Positions 1 to 10,170 of a stretch of DNA of 64,000 nucleotides are shown here, in pieces. A program made the position numbers and the translations under genes. Where the stretch lies: NCBI GenBank assembly GCA_051878315.1, contig JBJEJW010000031.1:933-64932 (forward strand). The letters run 5' to 3'. Under the pieces are notes generated by a model that did no database searches, was not told the origin of the DNA, and saw only the letters and a program-made list of their open reading frames with translations. The first letter of the stretch is position 1. Every line of letters starts with the position of its first letter. Origin of the DNA: Paludibacteraceae bacterium. GTDB lineage: Bacteria > Bacteroidota > Bacteroidia > Bacteroidales > Paludibacteraceae.

Positions 1-316
1 AACAATTGTCCTGCGCCTTTGCTGCGAGTGTCTGCCCGAGGAATTCTTCAAAGAGCATCTGACACAGCAACCAATTTTGCCGATTGATGCAGTATCTCAC
101 CTTGTTACCTTCAATGGTGCCTTGTATCAATCCTGCTTCTTTTAGAGCGGTAAGGTGTTGACTGACAGTTGCTTTTGCGATTGGTAGTTCTTCTTCTATA
201 TGTCCGAAATAGCATTCGCTGCGTTGTGATAAAAACTGCATGATGGCTATTCGAGCCGGATGTCCGAGGGCTTTGGCAAATAGTGCCAACTGCTCTTGTT
301 TGATGGTGTAATTCAC
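1..316 (-). CDS. ArsR/SmtB-family winged-helix transcriptional regulator (3' end runs off the window)
   Basis: My own minus-strand translation from GTG at 316 gives VNYTIKQEQLALFAKALGHPARIAIMQFLSQRSECYFGHIEEELPIAKATVSQHLTALKEAGLIQGTIEGNKVRYCINRQNW... ALGHPxRxxI and ATVSQHLxxLxxAGL form the ArsR HTH signature. It is absent from the ORF track because it is open at the window edge. Confidence 0.75.
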   Translation of the reverse strand, partial: MNYTIKQEQLALFAKALGHPARIAIMQFLSQRSECYFGHIEEELPIAKATVSQHLTALKEAGLIQGTIEGNKVRYCINRQNWLLCQMLFEEFLGQTLAAKAQDNC

Positions 317-348
317 AATAATTACTATTTTATTTCTAAAGTTGTTTG

Positions 349-356
349 CAAAGTTA
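349..356 (-). promoter_or_regulatory. -7 promoter box TAACTTTG (Bacteroidota TAnnTTTG consensus)
   Basis: The plus strand reads caaagtta. The box lies 32 nt upstream of the ArsR-like GTG. Confidence 0.4.
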
Positions 357-518
357 CGAATAATAATTGATGTATGCAAATGATTCTGCAAAAAAACGCA
401 TTTTTTTGTTCGTGGCAGTGCCTTCCAACTCCAATTATCAATAGGGTAGTTCGTTTACTGTATTACAACATTCGCGCACTTTTTTGCAATACTGCAGGTT
501 CGGAAATGAAATTTTTCG

Positions 519-526
519 TATCTTTG
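519..526 (+). promoter_or_regulatory. -7 promoter box TATCTTTG
   Basis: Matches TAnnTTTG and lies 41 nt upstream of the ettA ATG. Confidence 0.45.
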
Positions 527-567
527 CAAACTTATACGATAATCGCTCGAATCAAAATTTTTGAAAT

Positions 568-2235
568 ATGGATGACAACAAAGTGATTTTTTCGATGGTG
601 AAAGTCAGCAAGACAATTCCACCGCAACGTAAAATTCTGAAAGATATTTATTTGTCGTTTTTTTATGGCGCCAAAATCGGTATTATAGGTTTGAATGGCG
701 CCGGAAAATCGACCTTGATGAAAATAATTGCAGGCATCGACAAAGCGTATGAAGGCGAGGTGGTGTTTTCGCCCGGCTACACGGTGGGCTATTTGGAGCA
801 AGATCCAAAATTTGACGAAGACAAAACCGTGAAAGAAATTGTGCAAGAGGGCGTTCAGCCGATAGTGGATTTGCTGAACGAATTTGAACAGATAAACGCT
901 GCATTTGCCGAACCCGATGCCGATTTCGATAAATTGTTGGCACGGCAGGCCGAAGTGCAGGAGTTGCTCGATCAACACGATGCGTGGAATCTTGATAGCA
1001 AATTGGAACGTGCCATGGATGCGTTGCGTTGCCCCGACGAAACGGCCGTCATGCGTAATCTTTCGGGTGGCGAGCGTCGTCGCGTGGCTTTGTGCCGATT
1101 GTTGTTGCAGGAACCTGATGTGTTGTTGCTCGACGAACCGACGAACCACCTTGATGCTGAGAGTATCGATTGGCTCGAACAGCATTTGCAACAATACAAA
1201 GGTACTGTTATCTGTGTAACGCACGATCGCTATTTTCTCGATCATGTGGCGGGTTGGATTCTCGAACTTGACCGTGGCGAGGGTATTCCGTGGAAAGGCA
1301 ATTACAGCGGCTGGCTCGAGCAGAAAACAAAACGTATGGAGATGGAAGAAAAACAAGCCAGCAAACGCCGCAAAACTTTGGAACGCGAATTGGAGTGGGT
1401 GCGTATGGCACCGTCGGCACGTCATGCCAAAGGTAAAGCGCGTCTGAATGCCTACGACGCGTTGCTCAATGCCGACCAAAAGGAACGTGAAGAAAAATTG
1501 GAAATCTTTATCCCGAATGGACCGCGTTTGGGCAATAAAGTGATAAATGCCGTCGATGTGTCGAAAGCATTTGGCGACAAATTGTTGTTCGAACACCTTA
1601 ATTTTGTACTGCCACCCAATGGCATTGTGGGCGTGATAGGTCCGAATGGTGCAGGCAAAACGACTCTGTTTCGTATGATAATGGGGACGGAAACTGTTGA
1701 TAGTGGCACGTTCGAGGTGGGCGAAACGGTAAAAATCGGTTATGTCGATCAGATGCACAAATCCATCGATCCGCAAAAATCGATTTATCAAGTGGTGAGT
1801 GGCGGCACCGAGTTTATTCGTGTGGCAGGGCGCGAGGTCAATGCGCGGGCCTATTTGAGTCGTTTCAATTTTACGGGAGCCGACCAAGAAAAATTGTGCG
1901 GTGTCTTATCGGGTGGTGAACGTAACCGTCTGCATCTGGCACTGACTCTGAAATCGGAAGCCAACGTGCTGTTGCTCGACGAACCAACCAACGATATTGA
2001 CGTGAATACGCTGCGTGCTTTGGAAGAAGGTTTGAACAATTTTGCAGGTTGCGCCGTAGTCATCAGCCACGACCGTTGGTTTCTCGACCGAATCTGTACG
2101 CATATTTTGGCATTCGAGGGCGATTCGCAGGTATTTTTCTTTGAGGGATCGTACAGCGAATACGAAGAAAATAAACGTCAACGATTGGGCGACGAAGAAC
2201 CGCGTCGCATCCGTTACCGAAAATTAATGGAATAA
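568..2235 (+). CDS. ettA: Energy-dependent translational throttle protein EttA (ABC-F ATPase)
   Basis: 555 aa with two ABC cassettes. Walker A motifs are GLNGAGKST and GPNGAGKTT, signatures are LSGGERRR and LSGGERNR, and an inter-domain linker is present. Length and N-terminus (VIFSMVKVSKTIPPQRKILKDI) are typical of EttA/YjjK. Confidence 0.93.
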   Translation: MDDNKVIFSMVKVSKTIPPQRKILKDIYLSFFYGAKIGIIGLNGAGKSTLMKIIAGIDKAYEGEVVFSPGYTVGYLEQDPKFDEDKTVKEIVQEGVQPIVDLLNEFEQINAAFAEPDADFDKLLARQAEVQELLDQHDAWNLDSKLERAMDALRCPDETAVMRNLSGGERRRVALCRLLLQEPDVLLLDEPTNHLDAESIDWLEQHLQQYKGTVICVTHDRYFLDHVAGWILELDRGEGIPWKGNYSGWLEQKTKRMEMEEKQASKRRKTLERELEWVRMAPSARHAKGKARLNAYDALLNADQKEREEKLEIFIPNGPRLGNKVINAVDVSKAFGDKLLFEHLNFVLPPNGIVGVIGPNGAGKTTLFRMIMGTETVDSGTFEVGETVKIGYVDQMHKSIDPQKSIYQVVSGGTEFIRVAGREVNARAYLSRFNFTGADQEKLCGVLSGGERNRLHLALTLKSEANVLLLDEPTNDIDVNTLRALEEGLNNFAGCAVVISHDRWFLDRICTHILAFEGDSQVFFFEGSYSEYEENKRQRLGDEEPRRIRYRKLME

Positions 2236-2256
2236 GTAACTTTTTACACAAACAGC

Positions 2257-3975
2257 ATGCAAATGACAGAACATAAGGATGTCGTGATTCGCTTTTGCGG
2301 CGATTCGGGCGACGGTATGCAATTGGTCGGGACTATGTTCTCGAATATCATGTCGCGAATTGGTTATCAGGTGTTTACATATCCGAGTTATCCGGCCGAT
2401 ATGCGTGCTCCGAAGGATTCGTTGTCGGGCGTGAGTTCGTTTCAGGTGCATTTTGGTGACCGTGTGAGCGAGCCGGGTGATGCCGTCGACGTGCTGGTTT
2501 GCCTGAATCCAGCATCGTATAAGACGAATTATCAGAGTGTACGTGCCGGTGGCATTGTTATTTATGACGAATCTGTGTTCGACGAGCGTCGCTTGACGAA
2601 TGCACAAATGGACGTGGAAAATCCTTTCGCTACGCTGTCGTCGGGCAGTACCGTGTGGCCGTTGCCTGTTACGGCGCAATGTGCGGTGTTGGATGCCGCC
2701 AAAGCACGCAATGTCTATCTGTTGGGTTGCTTGTGCTACTATCTGGATGTCGATGAAACGCTGGTACAGAACGAACTTGACTGCAAATTTGGCAAAAAAC
2801 AGATTGTGCTTGAGACTAATACAGCCGTGTTGCAAGCAGCCTACAATTTTTGCACCAATCTGCAAATCGACAAATATCCCGTAGTGCATACCGCTACTGC
2901 CGAAGTGTCCGATGCGTCTAAATTGACGTTGCTGTCGGGCTGTCAGGCGGCCTGTCGAGGATTGATGAAAGCGGCGGACGCCGTTTCTCGCAAATTGTTT
3001 TTGGGTTCGTATCCCATTACACCGGCCACCGATATTCTGATAGAACTCGAAAAACAACGCAAAAATGGTGTCATTGCGGTGCAAGCCGAGGACGAGATTG
3101 CAGGTTGTTCGATGGCCGTCGGAGCCTCGTTTGGAGGGTTGATAGGTGTTACATCGACCAGTGGTCCCGGTATGTGTCTCAAAAGTGAAGCCATCAATCT
3201 TGCTGTCATGGCCGAGTTACCATTGGTTATCGTCGATGTGATGCGTGGTGGCCCATCGACCGGCTTGCCTACCAAAACCGAACAGAGCGATTTGAATATC
3301 GCATTGTACGGTCGTAGTGGCGATAGCCCGTTGCCGGTGTTGGCTGCTATGTCGCCGGCCGATTGCTATGTCAAAGCCTACGAAGCAGTTAAAATCGCAG
3401 TCGAAAATATGACACCTGTTGTCTTACTGATGGACGCTTATATCGGTAATGGACTTGAAATGACCGATTTACAACAGCCGATGTCATCTATTACCGTTAG
3501 TCCGTCGTGGACATCACCGGGCGATGCAGCAACCAAAATTCTTGGTGGCAGCGAAGTCGATAAATCGACGTTGACCATCACGGCCGATGCCCAAAATCAT
3601 ATTAAAAATACCGAAGTGCGTGTCGCAAAAATTGCAAAAATCGCTGTCCCCGATATGCACATCGATGGTGCCGGCGATACGGTGTTGTGCGGTTGGGGCT
3701 CGACCAAAGGTAAAATCGAAAAAATAGCCATTTTGCTGCGTCGTAACGGCATTGACGTGGCTACCGTCCATTTTGACCATTTAGCCCCTTTACCGCAAAA
3801 TATCGATGAACTCAATCGACGTAAACGCATCATTGTCATCGAACAAAGCATGCACCAATTTGCCGATTTGTTGCTCCAATCGGGTATCAAACAGGTAACG
3901 CCTTATTGTACCCTCAACTGCGAACCGCTCAATGCAGAACTGATAGCCAATCAATTAAAAAAACAACTCCAATGA
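2257..3975 (+). CDS. korA: 2-oxoacid:ferredoxin (2-oxoglutarate) oxidoreductase, fused gamma/alpha subunit
   Basis: 572 aa. The N-terminus FCGDSGDGMQLVG is the gamma-domain motif of the pyruvate/2-oxoglutarate:ferredoxin oxidoreductase (OFOR) family. It is followed by an alpha-domain region (GSYPITPATDIL...EDEIAG...TSGPG). The gene overlaps the beta subunit by ATGA. Confidence 0.85.
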   Translation: MQMTEHKDVVIRFCGDSGDGMQLVGTMFSNIMSRIGYQVFTYPSYPADMRAPKDSLSGVSSFQVHFGDRVSEPGDAVDVLVCLNPASYKTNYQSVRAGGIVIYDESVFDERRLTNAQMDVENPFATLSSGSTVWPLPVTAQCAVLDAAKARNVYLLGCLCYYLDVDETLVQNELDCKFGKKQIVLETNTAVLQAAYNFCTNLQIDKYPVVHTATAEVSDASKLTLLSGCQAACRGLMKAADAVSRKLFLGSYPITPATDILIELEKQRKNGVIAVQAEDEIAGCSMAVGASFGGLIGVTSTSGPGMCLKSEAINLAVMAELPLVIVDVMRGGPSTGLPTKTEQSDLNIALYGRSGDSPLPVLAAMSPADCYVKAYEAVKIAVENMTPVVLLMDAYIGNGLEMTDLQQPMSSITVSPSWTSPGDAATKILGGSEVDKSTLTITADAQNHIKNTEVRVAKIAKIAVPDMHIDGAGDTVLCGWGSTKGKIEKIAILLRRNGIDVATVHFDHLAPLPQNIDELNRRKRIIVIEQSMHQFADLLLQSGIKQVTPYCTLNCEPLNAELIANQLKKQLQ

Positions 3976-4796
3976 AGAACGCAACCGATTTTGCAAGTAA
4001 TCGACAAGTGAAATATTGTGCAGGCTGCGGCGATTATGCCATATTAGCTGCCTTGAAAAAAACGTTTGCCGCACTCGATTTAGAACCTCGTAATGTAGCG
4101 GTAGTGAGCGGCATTGGCTGTTCGTCGCGCACGCCTTATTACCTATCAACTTGGGGATTCAATACGATTCATGGACGTGCAGGTGCAGTGGCCGGCGGTC
4201 TGAAAATAGCTCGTCCGGATCTCAGCGTGTGGCAACTCACCGGCGATGGCGATTGTACGGCCATCGGTGGTAACCATTTTATACACGAGTTGCGGCGCAA
4301 TGTCGATATTAACATCGTGATGTTCAATAACCAAATTTACGGTCTTACCAAAGGCCAATATTCGCCAACTACGCCGCAGGGACAAATTACGAAAACGTCG
4401 CCGTATGGCACCATCGAGCGCCCATTCAATGTGGGCGAATTGGTGCTGGGAGCAAAAGGTACATTTTTTGCGCGCACACTCGACAAAGAATTGAAACTGA
4501 CGCAAGATTTGTTCACGGCAGCCTATCGGCACAAAGGCACTGCGGTGATAGAATGTCTCACAAATTGTGTGGTGTGGAACGACGGTGCACATAAAAATCG
4601 CGAATATCTGACTATACACGATGGCGACCACATTACTATCGATGGCGAACAAATTGTTTATGACAGTCATAATAAAATGCTGGCACAGAAAGCTTTAGAC
4701 TATTTTGATGGCGACAATCATCCCTTGTTGTTGGGCGTTATCTATCAGGAACAACAGACTACTTACGAAGAATTGCTCTACAAACAAATGCAATAA
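3972..4796 (+). CDS. korB: 2-oxoacid:ferredoxin oxidoreductase beta subunit (TPP-binding)
   Basis: Start re-picked to the ATG at 3972 (MKNATDFASNRQVKYCAGCGDYAIL), which overlaps the korA stop. The CxGCGD and GDGD TPP-binding motifs are present. Confidence 0.85.
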   Translation: MKNATDFASNRQVKYCAGCGDYAILAALKKTFAALDLEPRNVAVVSGIGCSSRTPYYLSTWGFNTIHGRAGAVAGGLKIARPDLSVWQLTGDGDCTAIGGNHFIHELRRNVDINIVMFNNQIYGLTKGQYSPTTPQGQITKTSPYGTIERPFNVGELVLGAKGTFFARTLDKELKLTQDLFTAAYRHKGTAVIECLTNCVVWNDGAHKNREYLTIHDGDHITIDGEQIVYDSHNKMLAQKALDYFDGDNHPLLLGVIYQEQQTTYEELLYKQMQ

Positions 4797-4806
4797 TATT
4801 TGGCAG

Positions 4807-6240
4807 ATGATTCAATTACCGCTCGACGACAAAATATTTTCAATCGTAGGTCAAACGGCCGACGAACTTGGCATGGAATGTTATTTGATAGGCGGCTATG
4901 TGCGTGATTTACTCCTGAAACGTCCGTCGAAAGATATGGATTTCGTGGTTGTCGGTAGCGGCATCGATATGGCACAAGCCGTTGCAAAAAAACTGATTCA
5001 CGCACATCTCTCAGTTTTTCGCACTTACGGCACTGCGCAAGTCAAAAACCGCAAATACGAATTGGAATTTGTCGGTGCACGCAAAGAATCGTATCGTCAC
5101 GAATCGCGCAATCCCATCGTGGAAGATGGCACACTCGAAGACGACCAAAATCGACGCGATTTTACCATTAATGCTTTAGCCGTGTGTCTCAATAAAGACC
5201 GATTTGGCGAATTTGTCGATCCCTTTGGCGGCTTGGCCGATTTGGAAGCAAAAATACTGCGTACACCCAACGACCCCGACATCACTTTCAGCGACGATCC
5301 CTTGCGCATGATGCGCGCCATACGTTTTGCGACACAACTCGATTTTCGTATCGCGCCCGATACGCTCGATGCTATCATACGCAACGCTAAACGCATCGAA
5401 ATAATCACGCAAGAACGCATTACCGACGAATTAAATAAAATCATGGGTGCCGCACGCCCCTCAATCGGTTTCTTTCTGCTTAACAAAACAGGTTTGTTGT
5501 CGTTGATTTTCCCCGAATTGGTAGCCTTGCAAGGCGTAGAAGAACGGAATGGACGCGGACATAAAGATAATTTTATGCACACGCTCAAAGTGCTTGATAA
5601 TGTGGCGCTCAAGAGTGACGACCTATGGCTGCGATGGGCGGCATTGTTGCACGATATTGCCAAACCGGCAACAAAACAGTGGGACGATAAACAAGGATGG
5701 ACATTTCGCAATCATAATTTTGTGGGTAGCAAAATGGTGCCGCACATCTTTCGACGCCTGAAGTTGCCGCTTGGCGAAACTGTCGGTTTCGTGCAAAAAA
5801 TGGTATTATTACACATGCGTCCCATCGTGTTGAGCGAAGATGTTGTTACCGATTCGGCCGTGCGACGACTCTTGTTCGAGGCAGGCGACGACATCGATAA
5901 ATTGATGTTGCTGTGCGAATCCGATATCACGTCAAACAATATGGAGAAAGTCAAACGATTCTCGCAAAACTTCAAACTTGTCAGACGAAAATTGCGCGAA
6001 ATCGAGGAAAAAGACCGCATCCGCAATTTTCAACCGCCTATCGATGGCTTGGAAATTATGAAATTGTTTGATTTACAGCCGTGTGGGCTGGTGGGCGAGT
6101 TGAAAACGCAAATCAAAGATGCCATACTTGATGGCGTTATACCCAACGAACACGATGCCGCGCGCGAGTATCTGTTGACGATTGCTGCCGCGCGTGGGTT
6201 GTCGCTTCATAGTGCAACGGACATAAATGCTCCTGCATAG
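4807..6240 (+). CDS. tRNA nucleotidyltransferase (CCA-adding)/poly(A) polymerase family protein with HD domain
   Basis: Start re-picked to the ATG at 4807. GGYVRDLLLKRPSKDMDFVV is the nucleotidyltransferase head motif, RRDFTINA is the class II motif, and an HD region is present (HDIAKP). Both tRNAs in this window lack an encoded CCA, which fits this call. Confidence 0.8.
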   Translation: MIQLPLDDKIFSIVGQTADELGMECYLIGGYVRDLLLKRPSKDMDFVVVGSGIDMAQAVAKKLIHAHLSVFRTYGTAQVKNRKYELEFVGARKESYRHESRNPIVEDGTLEDDQNRRDFTINALAVCLNKDRFGEFVDPFGGLADLEAKILRTPNDPDITFSDDPLRMMRAIRFATQLDFRIAPDTLDAIIRNAKRIEIITQERITDELNKIMGAARPSIGFFLLNKTGLLSLIFPELVALQGVEERNGRGHKDNFMHTLKVLDNVALKSDDLWLRWAALLHDIAKPATKQWDDKQGWTFRNHNFVGSKMVPHIFRRLKLPLGETVGFVQKMVLLHMRPIVLSEDVVTDSAVRRLLFEAGDDIDKLMLLCESDITSNNMEKVKRFSQNFKLVRRKLREIEEKDRIRNFQPPIDGLEIMKLFDLQPCGLVGELKTQIKDAILDGVIPNEHDAAREYLLTIAAARGLSLHSATDINAPA

Positions 6241-6588
6241 TCAGTCGATTATCACCATGGCGCATTCTGTTTTGCCACCGAGTGGGGGAGCCAACTTACT
6301 GATTTCTACTACAACACTATCGATTGCATCAAATTCGGCCAATAACGTTGCGCGTATTCTGTATGCAACATGTTCAATCAAATTTGACGGTTGTTGCATC
6401 TCTTTCTTAACTATTTGATATACAGTTTCGTAATTGATAGTATCGCATACCGAATCGCTGTGGCATGCGGTTGTTAAATCGGTATCGATGGTTACGCTGA
6501 CAAGGTAGGTGCCGCCAATGTTGCGTTCCGCGGCATAGCAACCGTGATACGCATAAAATTCCATGTTTTTGAGTACGATTTTTGCCAT
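6241..6588 (-). CDS. folB: Dihydroneopterin aldolase
   Basis: 115 aa. MEFYAYHGCYAAERNIGGTYLVSVTID and the C-terminal VEISKLAPPLGG are FolB-like. Confidence 0.82.
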   Translation of the reverse strand: MAKIVLKNMEFYAYHGCYAAERNIGGTYLVSVTIDTDLTTACHSDSVCDTINYETVYQIVKKEMQQPSNLIEHVAYRIRATLLAEFDAIDSVVVEISKLAPPLGGKTECAMVIID

Positions 6589-6671
6589 CTTTTTGTGTGG
6601 AAGTTATACAACAAGTCCCTCGCAAAACGAGGGACCTGCCTGACTATAGAATAACGTTTTAGCCTTAATTA

Positions 6672-8006
6672 TTAAGCAAACATTTTATTGAAATCCTCGT
6701 ACGACGTGGCTTTAGTGTCCAATTTAACTTGGCTTTTGATAGCGGCAAGTACTTTCTCCTCCAATGCTTTGTCGGCAAGATTTTTCAATGTCTCTTTTTG
6801 TTTCTTCATTTCTGCCACATAATTGGCCAAAATATCTTCCGGCACATTCAGCATACCATATTGTGCCCACTGTATTTTTGCCAATTTTCGTGCTTCAGCA
6901 TCGATGTCGGCGGCTTCTATTTTCAGATCGTTGGCTTTGGCAATCTTATCCTTGATGATGTACCATTTCAGATCTTTCAGCATAGCATCGAAATTTTTAT
7001 CAACCTCTTCGGCTGTCATTTTTTCGTTGGTGGTCAATACCCAGCGTTTCAAAAATGCTTCGGGGAATTGCAAACCGTCCATCTTTTTCACCAACGCTTC
7101 TTTGGCATCCAAGCCGAATTTGTATTCGCTGTCGTTTACATACGATTCTTTGACACCATCACCGATTTTTGCACGGAATGCTGCTTCGTCTTTGATGCCT
7201 TCGTTCGGGAATACTTTGTCGAATAAGGCTTGGTCGATGGCCGCCTCTTTGTAGCGGGTTATCTGTTTTATCTCGAAAGCGAAATCGCTGGTTACGGCTT
7301 CGGCTTCTTCTTTTGTCGTTTTCAGGAACGATGCAATCTCGGCTGCGTTGTTCATCGCTTTTTGCGGGTTGAACGTAACGACTTCGCCTACTTTTTTGCC
7401 AACGAATAATCCTTTCTGATCGGCATCTTTTAGGTGCATCGGCGACAGAATGACATCTTCGATTTTGTTTCCCTCGTTGTTCACTTCCGTTACATCGCCT
7501 TTCAGAACATCGTTTTCTTCGACATTTTCGGCCGGCTCGTACGAACCGAAACGTCCGCAGTACGATTTCACCTGACTATCTATCATCTCGTCGGTAATGG
7601 TGATGTCGTAGTAAGCGATTTTGTCCTTCTTGGTTAAATGCAGGTCGAATGCCGGCGCAAGGGCTATGTCGAATACAAATTCGATTGGTTCGTCCGAATC
7701 GAAATCGATGGGTTTTTGCTCGGTTTCGTTGGGTAACGGCTCACCCAAGATGTCTAAATTTTGTTCCTTGATGTAGTTGTAAAGCGCATCCGACAGTACG
7801 CCGTTCACTTCTTCGGCGGTAACGGCTTTGCCGTACATCTTTTTCACAAGTCCCATCGGTACCATGCCGGGACGAAATCCCGGGACGTTGGCTTTGCGAC
7901 GATATTCTTTGAGTTTTTTCTCAACTTTTTCGGCGTAATCGTCTTTGCAAACCGTTACGGTTACAATGGCGTTTACGTCATCGGTGTTTTTTAATGCAAC
8001 GTTCAT
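6672..8006 (-). CDS. tig: Trigger factor
   Basis: Start re-picked to MNVALKNTDDVNAIVTV. ANVPGFRPGMVPMGLVKKMYG is the ribosome-binding signature of the trigger-factor N-domain. About 444 aa. Confidence 0.9.
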   Translation of the reverse strand: MNVALKNTDDVNAIVTVTVCKDDYAEKVEKKLKEYRRKANVPGFRPGMVPMGLVKKMYGKAVTAEEVNGVLSDALYNYIKEQNLDILGEPLPNETEQKPIDFDSDEPIEFVFDIALAPAFDLHLTKKDKIAYYDITITDEMIDSQVKSYCGRFGSYEPAENVEENDVLKGDVTEVNNEGNKIEDVILSPMHLKDADQKGLFVGKKVGEVVTFNPQKAMNNAAEIASFLKTTKEEAEAVTSDFAFEIKQITRYKEAAIDQALFDKVFPNEGIKDEAAFRAKIGDGVKESYVNDSEYKFGLDAKEALVKKMDGLQFPEAFLKRWVLTTNEKMTAEEVDKNFDAMLKDLKWYIIKDKIAKANDLKIEAADIDAEARKLAKIQWAQYGMLNVPEDILANYVAEMKKQKETLKNLADKALEEKVLAAIKSQVKLDTKATSYEDFNKMFA

Positions 8007-8045
8007 AATTTTATTTTGTTGTGTTTGTGGACATTTTTCGGACTG

Positions 8046-8053
8046 CAAAGTTA
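8046..8053 (-). promoter_or_regulatory. -7 promoter box TAACTTTG
   Basis: The plus strand reads caaagtta. The box lies 39 nt upstream of the tig ATG at 8006. Confidence 0.4.
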
Positions 8054-8169
8054 CAAAAAAAATCGGGAAGTTGTACTTTTTTTGCCGAAAGTTGGAAAAT
8101 AACCGAAACGAATGTTTATATTATTGATAATCAATTTGTTGGAAAGTTGCAAATTGTTAGAAGCAGCGC

Positions 8170-8201
8170 GAAAAAAGCGTACAAACAATAGTTCGTACGC
8201 T
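8170..8201 (-). terminator. Intrinsic terminator downstream of nadC
   Basis: 7-bp stem agcgtac/gtacgct. The A-run on the plus strand becomes a U-run after the hairpin on the minus strand. Confidence 0.55.
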
Positions 8202-8223
8202 CACTTGTATGCCTCTGATGCCA

Positions 8224-9066
8224 TTATTTCACTGCTTTGAAACTCATATCGAGCGATTTCACCGAATGAGTCAATGCTCCCACCGAAATGAAATCGACAC
8301 CGCATTCGGCGTAGGTGCGCAGGGTGTCGAAAGTGATGCCGCCCGACGATTCGGTTTCGTATCGACCGTCAATCAACGCAACGGCTTTTTTCGTATCGGC
8401 CGGCGTGAAATTGTCGAGCATAATGCGGTCGACCCCGCCAACGGTCAGCACTTGGTTTAGTTCGTCGAAGTTGCGTACTTCGATTTCTATTTTCAGATTT
8501 TTGCCTCGATCTTTACAATAATTTTTGGCGCGTGCAATGGCTTTGTCGATACCGCCGGCAAAATCAACGTGATTGTCTTTCAGCAAAATCATATCGTACA
8601 ATCCTATGCGATGGTTACAACCGCCACCTATTTTGACGGCCTCTTTTTCGAGCAGACGTAGGCCGGGAGTCGTTTTGCGTGTGTCGAGTACACGCGTGTG
8701 CGTTCCTTCCAATAGTTTGACGTATTCGGCTGTGCGTGTAGCTACGCCGCTCATGCGTTGCATCACGTTCAGCATTAAACGCTCGGTTTGCAGTAACGAT
8801 TGTATGCGTCCTTCAACCACAAAGGCTATATCGCCCGGTTTGACGCGGTCGCCATCGTGCAAATATTGCGTGAGTTTCAAGTCGGCATCGAATGCGTGGA
8901 ATATACGTTTGGCTACTTCGACACCGGCCAATACGCCGGCCTCTTTGATGATGAGTTGCGATTTGCCGCAAGCATCGGCCGGAATGCACGAAAGGGTGGT
9001 GTGGTCGCCATCGCCAATATCTTCGGCAAACCACAGTTTGATGAGTTCATCCAAGTTGTCAATCAT
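8224..9066 (-). CDS. nadC: Nicotinate-nucleotide pyrophosphorylase (carboxylating)
   Basis: 280 aa. The motifs DTRKTTPGLR, LLKDNH and SGGI...GVDFISVGALTHS are classic NadC/QPRTase. Confidence 0.92.
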   Translation of the reverse strand: MIDNLDELIKLWFAEDIGDGDHTTLSCIPADACGKSQLIIKEAGVLAGVEVAKRIFHAFDADLKLTQYLHDGDRVKPGDIAFVVEGRIQSLLQTERLMLNVMQRMSGVATRTAEYVKLLEGTHTRVLDTRKTTPGLRLLEKEAVKIGGGCNHRIGLYDMILLKDNHVDFAGGIDKAIARAKNYCKDRGKNLKIEIEVRNFDELNQVLTVGGVDRIMLDNFTPADTKKAVALIDGRYETESSGGITFDTLRTYAECGVDFISVGALTHSVKSLDMSFKAVK

Positions 9067-9430
9067 TTGATTCTTCGATTCTTAATTGTTGTATTAGGTT
9101 GTTTTTAACTAAAAAATAGACACGATAATTGCCTTGTTTTGTGGCGAGTGTGCCAATGACGAATTGTTGGTGTTCGCGTTCGCCTTGGTGGCTGACGGTG
9201 AATGTGGTTGGTGGATTTTTTTTGAAAAAATCGGCCAGAATGTTTTGGGTTTGTTGGCGTGTAAACACGTTTTCGGTGTTTTTAATGGCCAATTCGACGT
9301 TGTTATTCAGATATTGTGCTATGTGCTGGGTGTCGCCTTGCCCGAAATAATGGATAAGGTCGTTGATGACACTGGCGTAAATGCACGGAAAACAGAACAA
9401 TGCAGTGATGAGTAATGCGTTCTTTTTCAT
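9059..9430 (-). CDS. Small secreted protein, DUF4783-like (family name from memory)
   Basis: 123 aa with a signal peptide (MKKNALLITALFCFPCIYA). It overlaps nadC by 8 nt. As I recall, a DUF4783 gene next to nadC is a common Bacteroidota arrangement. Confidence 0.55.
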   Translation of the reverse strand: MKKNALLITALFCFPCIYASVINDLIHYFGQGDTQHIAQYLNNNVELAIKNTENVFTRQQTQNILADFFKKNPPTTFTVSHQGEREHQQFVIGTLATKQGNYRVYFLVKNNLIQQLRIEESND

Positions 9431-9673
9431 GATGTTTTGAAATAACGTTGTTGTAGATTAGACCACAAACTGATTGCAAATTTTGTGCCAAATATGTTTT
9501 TTTGTTGCATTTTGTTGGTAGTTTGCTTAAAAAGAACGAAATTTGCAAACATATTTTGTGGCAAAAATACGTTATTTTTATAAAAATACCAAATGAAAAG
9601 GGTCGGAATTGACCTGTTTTGTTGTATTTTTAATTTTTTATGTTATTTTTAATGAGCAAATTTGCAGGTCGGT

Positions 9674-10168
9674 ATGAAAATTGCACTTGTATGGATTGGT
9701 AAAACCGTAGCGCCTTATTTGGTCGAGGCGCTGAACGACTATGTGAAACGTGTCTCTTTTTATACGCCTTTCGAGGTGGTAGAGGTGCCCGGTCTGAAAA
9801 ATACAAAAGCATTGTCGGTGGCGCAGCAACGGGATCGGGAAGGCGAATTGTTGTTGAAAAACATCGAAACGACCGATTTTGTGGTATTGCTCGACGACAA
9901 AGGTCGTCAGATGACTTCGGTGGATTTTGCTGCATGGATCGAAAAACACAAACAGGCATCGTTCCGTCGCTTGGTATTTGTGATTGGAGGTGCATACGGC
10001 TTCTCGAAATCTATGTACGAGCGCGCGAATATGCTTCTGTCGCTGTCGAAAATGACGTATTCGCATCAATTGGTACGCCTTGTGTTTGTCGAACAGTTGT
10101 ATCGGGCGCATACCATTATGGCCGGCGAACCGTATCATCACGAAGATAGTTTGCTGAAACAGAGTTGA
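9674..10168 (+). CDS. rlmH: 23S rRNA (pseudouridine1915-N3)-methyltransferase
   Basis: Start re-picked to MKIALVWIGKT. The C-terminus SLSKMTYSHQLVRLVFVEQLYRAHTIMAGEPYH is the RlmH (SPOUT) signature. Confidence 0.9.
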   Translation: MKIALVWIGKTVAPYLVEALNDYVKRVSFYTPFEVVEVPGLKNTKALSVAQQRDREGELLLKNIETTDFVVLLDDKGRQMTSVDFAAWIEKHKQASFRRLVFVIGGAYGFSKSMYERANMLLSLSKMTYSHQLVRLVFVEQLYRAHTIMAGEPYHHEDSLLKQS

Positions 10169-10170
10169 TT

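Noticed and set aside
532-1887. A 451-aa open frame antisense to ettA.
   Set aside because: It lies fully inside a confidently identified gene on the other strand. Its sequence is low-complexity and Phe/His/Arg-rich with no motifs. It is a typical shadow frame of a codon-biased gene.
3906-4796. N-terminally extended ORF-track starts. Examples are 3906, 4705, 8048, 9662, 13839, 17854, 28129, 31168, 32834, 35726, 36760, 47894, 53496, 58301 and 62001.
   Set aside because: The extensions overlap upstream genes or promoters, often begin at TTG/GTG, and precede obvious native N-termini such as signal peptides or conserved first motifs. Starts were moved to the internal ATG in the feature list.
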